Source: Takakia lepidozioides
Lineage: Eukaryota > Plantae > Bryophyta
NCBI GenBank assembly: GCA_030704615.1
Contig: CM060734.1
Coordinates: forward strand, 11,532,001-11,596,000
Direction: 5' to 3'
DNA length: 64,000 nt
The position numbers were made by a program, and so were the translations under genes. The notes beneath the pieces were generated by a model. The model worked only from the letters and a program-made list of their open reading frames with translations, ran no database searches and was not told where the DNA came from. Positions 58,351 through 64,000 of this stretch are shown in pieces. Numbering within the stretch: position 1 is the first letter of the stretch; each line of letters starts with the position of its first letter.

Positions 58351-59659
58351 TTTGGGTTTAGTTAGTACTCCGCTGCAAATGGAATAAATCATGAACTTCA
58401 GAAATCTGCCCTCGGAAAGACGAAGAGGTGGTCGTCGCACTTTGCAATGTAAACCGAATGCAATGCAAGCTTAACAGTCCTCATATTATGATTGAAGGGA
58501 GTCAAATTAAGTGTGACCATATCAGTGCAGGGACATAAATATGAATCATTCAAAAACAGGGTAGAGCTAGTACATGGTACCTTTAAAACTTGTTGCACAG
58601 TGCAAAAGGTTTAAAGATCAAAGTGCAAAAGGTTTTTTTTTTTTTGCAAAAGTTGCTTGTAGGGTTTGCAAAAGGTTATTTTTTTTAAAAAGTTGCCCAT
58701 CCCGGTAGCTGTGAACAGAGGGTTGGGACTTAGAGCGAGCGAGCAGGAGGGAGAGAGAGAGGGCTGGGACTTAGAGCAACGAGCGGGAGGGAGGGCAAAC
58801 ATGGGAGGCCCGCAGTTGGAGCAACCTTCGCATCTGAAAAGCAAGCAACCCGACAAACGCTAGGGTATGTGTGCGAGGACTAGGTGTCGGCTGAGAGCTC
58901 GCCGTTCTGGGGAGAGTCAGCTTGGTCTTAGGTCGAGGACAATGTGGTGAGGGCACCTTCTTCTTCGACCTATTTCAGCCTGTTTTGCGCTCTCATCAAA
59001 CTCAGCCTTTAAATTTGTAGCATGGAGCAGAGCTGGCATGAGTTTTTAAAGATCCTTCACGAAGGTGGAACAACCGCAATCGCAAGGTGTGGCTTTTTCT
59101 TAATGTACGATGTGAAGAAGTTTGTCCATCCTGCAAATGTCCTGTTAGTAATGTGCTTTGGTATCCTTCTTGATGTTTACAAGGTTCTTGGAAGAGTCAG
59201 CTTCGTCTTAGCAGGTCGTGCTTCAACATCTGCCCGTTCAGCTGCACCGTGGTGGTTCTCATAGACCAATCAGACATTACCTGACTACAGACACAAGCAG
59301 CACACACAAGAGGTTCTCTTAGGTTCATGGTCAGTCAAATCCTCCATGGGTCATGACACAAGGTCGAGGACAATGTGGGGAGGGCACCTTCTTCTTTGAC
59401 CTATTTCAGCCTGTTTTTCCCTCCCATCAGACTCGGTTGATAGAACTAGGCAGCGGTAATGGAGGCACCTTCTTCAATACATTTCAGCCTGTTTTCCTTG
59501 TTATCAGAGTTGTCCCTAATTTTCATGTTGAATTCTGCAAATTAGCTCTTGGTGGATCTATGGTACCGGGGGTTCTGAAGTGATTAGTTACTGCCTATGT
59601 GGCAACAGGAAAGTATTGAAAACAGATAACAAAAACTAAGAGAAGCTCTGGAATGAAGG

Positions 59660-61970
59660 AGCAGGGATAGAGTGTGGGTTGAGATTCATCGAAGCGGGCC
59701 GGATTTCAAGCTCCATATCACCTATGATTCCCTGTGGAAGGATAGCTACAAGAAACCTGCATGGGTAGATGGTCAATTGGAAGCCGCGGCAGCAACGACA
59801 CAAATGATCAAATCAGGCACCTCAACCATGACCACAACTTCTGGAAGAGGATCAAGAGAGGGAGTCCACAGTGCCTGTTCTGGCACTTCTGGGCATGTCA
59901 AGATGCTTTGTGAGGTAGGCAGACTGAATGAGGCTCTACAGACTAAACCAATGAGGAATTTCAGCAGATTTAGATAAGTATGTCTGTCTCTTGCTTAAGT
60001 GCATCAAGAGGAAAGGTTTGGAAGCTAGAAAGCAGGTGCACACTCACATTATGATCCAAAGTGGACTCACGCCAACTGTTTTTCTCCTCAACACCCTTGT
60101 CAACCTGTATGTTAAGTGCGGGAGCATCATGAATGCTCACCAAGTTTTCAACAGAATGCCTCAACGATCTTTGATCTCATGGAAAGGGAAAGGGGGCACC
60201 TTCTTCAATAGCACAGCGGCTACAAGTGGGTAGATGGTCAATTGGAAACAGCAACGGAAGCAACACATTGATAGAACAAGGCACTTGCTAGGATCAATAG
60301 CTACAAGAAACTTGCATGGGTAGATGGTCAACTAAAGGCAGCAGCTGCAATGTCACAGTTGATAAAATCAAGCACCTCAACCAAGACCACAGCTTCTGGA
60401 AGAGGATCGAGAGAGGGAGTCCACAAGCCTCTTCTGGCACTTCTGGGCATGTGAAGATGCCTTGTGAGGCACGCAGACTGAAAGAGGCTCTACAAACTTT
60501 AATTTAAACCAAAGAGGCATTTCAGCAGATTCGGAAACGCATGTCTGTCTCTTGCATAAGTGCATCAAGGTGAAAGGCCTGGAAGTTGGAAAGCAGGTGC
60601 ACACTCACATTATCCAAAGTGGATTCACGCCAAATGTTTTTCTCCTCCACACCCTTGTCAACATGTATGTTAAGTGCGGGAGCATCATGGATGCTCACCA
60701 AGTGTTCAACAGAATGCCTCAACAATCTTTGATCACGTGGAATATCATGTTGGCAGGATTTACCAAGCATGGGTGTGGTAGGAATGCTTTGGAGACCTAT
60801 GAGCAAATGATGGGGGAAACGATTTAGCCCAACCACATCACGTTTGTAGCGTTTGCAGTGCGTGTGCAAGCCTGGCAGCCCTGGAAAAGGGCAAAGAGGT
60901 GCATGGTGACATCGTGAGAGCTGGAATCCTACCAGATGTCATCCTGAATACTGCCCTGGTGGACATGTATGCCAAATGTGGGTGCATCGAGGATGCAAAG
61001 GGAGTGTTCGACAATATGGCTGAACGAAATGTGGTGTCGTGGAGTGCGATGCTCGCAGGATATGCACAGTAGGGGCGCGGGATGGAGGCTTTGGAGACCT
61101 ATGAGCAAATGATGGGGGAAGGGGTGAAGCCCAACCACATCACGTTTGTGTGCATTTGCAGTGCGTGTGCAAGCCTGACAGCCTTGCAAAAGGGCATAGA
61201 GGTGCATGGCGACATCGTCAAAGCTAGAATCGTACCAGATGTGATCCTGAACAATACCCTGGTGGACATGTATGCCAAATGTGGGAGCATCGAGCATGCA
61301 AAGGGAGTGTTCGACAATATGGCTGAACGAGATGTGGTGTTGTGGAGTGCGATGATTGCAGGATATGCACAGCAAGGGCGTGGGATGGAGGTTTTGGAGA
61401 CCTATGAGCAAATGATCTGCGAAGGGGTGAAGCCCAACCATGTCACATTTGTGTGCGTTTGCAAGTCTGGCAGCCCTGGAAAAGGGCAAAGAGGTCCATG
61501 GTGACATTGTCAAAGCTGGAATTGTACCCAATGTCATTCTGAACTCTGCCTTCGTGGACATGTATGTCAAAAGTGGGAGCATTGAGGATGCGAAGGGATT
61601 GTTCAACACTATGGCTGAACGAGATGTGGTGTCGTGGAACACGATGCTTGCAGGGTATGCACAGCAGGGGCGCGAGATGGAGGCCTTGGAGACGTATGAG
61701 CAATTGATGGGGGAAGGGGTGAAGTGCAACCACATCATGTTTTGTGTGCGTTCGCAATGCTTGTGCAAGCCTAGCAGCCCTGGAAAAGGGCAAAGAGGTG
61801 CATGGTGACATCGCCAAAGCTGGAATTGTACCAGATGTGATTCTGAACAATACCCTTGTGGACTTTTATGCCAAATGTGGGTCCATCGAGGATGCAAAGG
61901 CAGTGTTTGATAAGATGGCTGCACATTCACGGGATGGAGGCTTTGGATACCTATGAGCAAATGATGGGCA
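59660..61970 (+). pseudogene. Second PLS-class PPR pseudogene with a duplicated N-terminal leader and no E/DYW domain
   Basis: Leader SYKKPAWVDGQL...GHVKMLCEVGRLNEAL is present twice, followed by about 4 PLS triplets with stops (~60826, ~61070) and frameshifts. Confidence 0.88.
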
Positions 61971-62029
61971 AAGGGCGACAGTTTGGAGGCTGTGATGGCT
62001 GCATATGTGTGGGGGAAAAGAAGCGAAGG

Positions 62030-63170
62030 GATAGAGTGTGGCTAGATTTCAGGCACAAGATTACTTATGATTCCCTGTGAATCAATAGCTACTAGCAACC
62101 TGCATGGGTAGATGGTCAACTGGAAGCTGTAGCAACAACAACACAATAGATAAATTCAGGCACTGCTAATGAAGGCACCTTCTTCAACACATTTCACCCT
62201 ATTTTTCCCTCTTATCAGAATTGGCCCTGAATTTTCATGTTGAATTCTGCAAGGTGCTGGTTGAGTAAACCTTTGATAGTTTGGAGTGACTGACTAATAT
62301 TGCCAATGTGACAACAGGAAAGTATCCAGAAACAGGTAACAGAGACAATGAGACAAGGAGCTGTGGAATGAATAGTTTTCTGACCCCAGTTAATGGTGGG
62401 ACAATTGAGGCAAAAGGTAAATGCCTGTTGGATTACAGAGAGTAGCAAATGCAATTGAGCATAGGAACTAGTGTGATAAGTTGAGTTGGGTGTTTCCTAG
62501 AACAATTCTAGGCTTTCATTGTCAGTTGCTAGCACCACAGAAAGGGTGAATGCATGATTTGTGTAGAGGCATGGATAGCTAAAGGAGCAGGGATAGAGTG
62601 TGGGTCCAGATTCATCTAAGAGGGCCAGATTTCAAGCTCCACATTACCTGTGATTCCCTGGATCAATAGCTACCAGAAACCTGCATGGGTAGATGGTCAA
62701 CTGGCAGCAGCGGCACAATTGATATAATCAGGCACTGCTAATGAAAGCATCTTCTTCATTACATTTCCCTCTTATTAGAATCGGCCCTAACTTTCCATGT
62801 TGAATTCTACAAGTTAGCTGGTTGAGTGAATCTAGTTTGGAGTGACTTTGACATGATACTGCCGATGTGACAACAGGAAAGTATCCAGAACTAGGTAACA
62901 GAGACGAGGACAAGTTGTGGAATGAATACTTTTCTGACCCCAGTCAATGGTGGGACAATCGAGGCAAGAAGGTGAATGCTTGTTGGATTATAGAGAGTAG
63001 CAGATGCAATTGAGCATAGGAACTAGTGTGATAAGTTGAGTTGGGTGTTTCCTAGAACAAATCTAGGATGTCATCGTCAGCTGCTAGCAGCAAGGCAAGG
63101 ATGTATGCTTGATTTGTGCAAAGGCATGGATAGCTGAAGGAGCAGGGATATGGTGTGGGTCCAGACTCAA
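62030..63170 (+). repeat. Two tandem ~550-bp copies of the PPR-leader-derived repeat
   Basis: Block order GGGATAGAGTGTG...GGGTAGATGGTCAACTGG...CATGTTGAATTCT...GAGCATAGGAACTAGTGTGATAAGTTGAG occurs twice. Confidence 0.8.
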
Positions 63171-63539
63171 GTGTTTCCGCCTTGGCAGGTTGCTCAGTGA
63201 CCTTCCCTGATAGCTTTGGAGTATAGTGAGTGTCTCACAATGCAATGTTGGTTGGTGCATCTTATGCAGGAACTTGGAAAACAAACAAATGTCATTTTTT
63301 GGAGCTTTAGGCTGAACCTCTGTGCTGGGCTGCATTGTGCAACCTGGCCTCTGCCTTAGACTCGGACTCAGATCTTTGATCTCAGACTCAGACTCTTTGA
63401 TGTCAGACTGAAGTGTATTTGGGCACTGAAGCACTTATGTAATTTTGAATTATCGTTGCATCTGTTCATTCTATCTGTTGTTCTGGCCATGCTTAGTCAG
63501 TTCTTCATGTCATGAGCAGGTTGTTGCCGTGATGCTTTG

Positions 63540-64000
63540 GAATTGTGTTTAGGTGTCTTTAGATCGTGATACTGACCACAAACAACCTATGGTGAACTGT
63601 GGTATCCTCCACATTTATGTGGAATGTCCTACAACGTAGGTCGTAGTATATTTCACACCCGCTATGGTCTTCTCCATAGTTATGTGGAATGACCTACAGT
63701 ATAGGCAGTAAAATACTCCACACCCACACCAAGAGTTGCTCCAAAATACGCCACGTGTTGCCCTGACAAAAATACACGTGGTGCCCATACCGTTGCCCAG
63801 ATGTCGTCAAGCCATGGTGACAGGCTGTCGCATAATTTTCCCATAGGTGTGGACAAGTCCACACCCTTTGTACGTCTAGGATCCACGTGGCGGTGTTTGC
63901 CAAAGCACACATCGCCCGTGGAAAAAGCCATTCACCCCGTGAAAAAAGCCACCTCTGGATTCAGCCACCCGTGGACTTTTCCACAGGGCCACCCGAGAGC
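63540..64000. repeat. CCAC...GTGG palindrome-rich repeat continuing past the window edge
   Basis: CCACATTTATGTGG, CCATAGTTATGTGG, CCCATAGGTGTGG, CCGTGGAAAAAGCC and CCGTGAAAAAAGCC. Confidence 0.55.

Noticed and set aside
60929-61960. 343-aa minus-strand ORF and similar short ORFs
   Set aside because: Antisense shadows of the PPR repeats.

Overview
Repeat-rich nuclear DNA from a land plant; the PLS-type PPR style suggests a non-seed plant (bryophyte, lycophyte or fern), which is inference. Only one gene is clearly intact: an 11-exon plastid aspartate aminotransferase (minus strand, 13812-19693, 470 aa, one GC-AG intron). Around it lie damaged gene copies: glutathione peroxidase (lacking the exon that completes the catalytic Cys codon), RPS13, an intronless PABP retrocopy, a ubinuclein-like gene, and several PLS-class PPR/DYW RNA-editing-factor arrays. 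Mobile DNA includes a nested cluster of a (TC)n-tailed, microsatellite-targeting LINE family (RTEX/L2-like), L1 fragments, a tRNA-derived SINE, a full-length chromodomain Ty3/gypsy element with two ~730-bp LTRs, and Sola-like, CACTA-like and GCM/WRKY-finger transposase remnants. Several distinct families of short-palindrome arrays are present, the clearest being an 18-unit GCGACCGCC-N6-GGCGGTCGC array at 32.6-33.6 kb. All coordinates were read by eye and family assignments come from motif recognition, not database searches.
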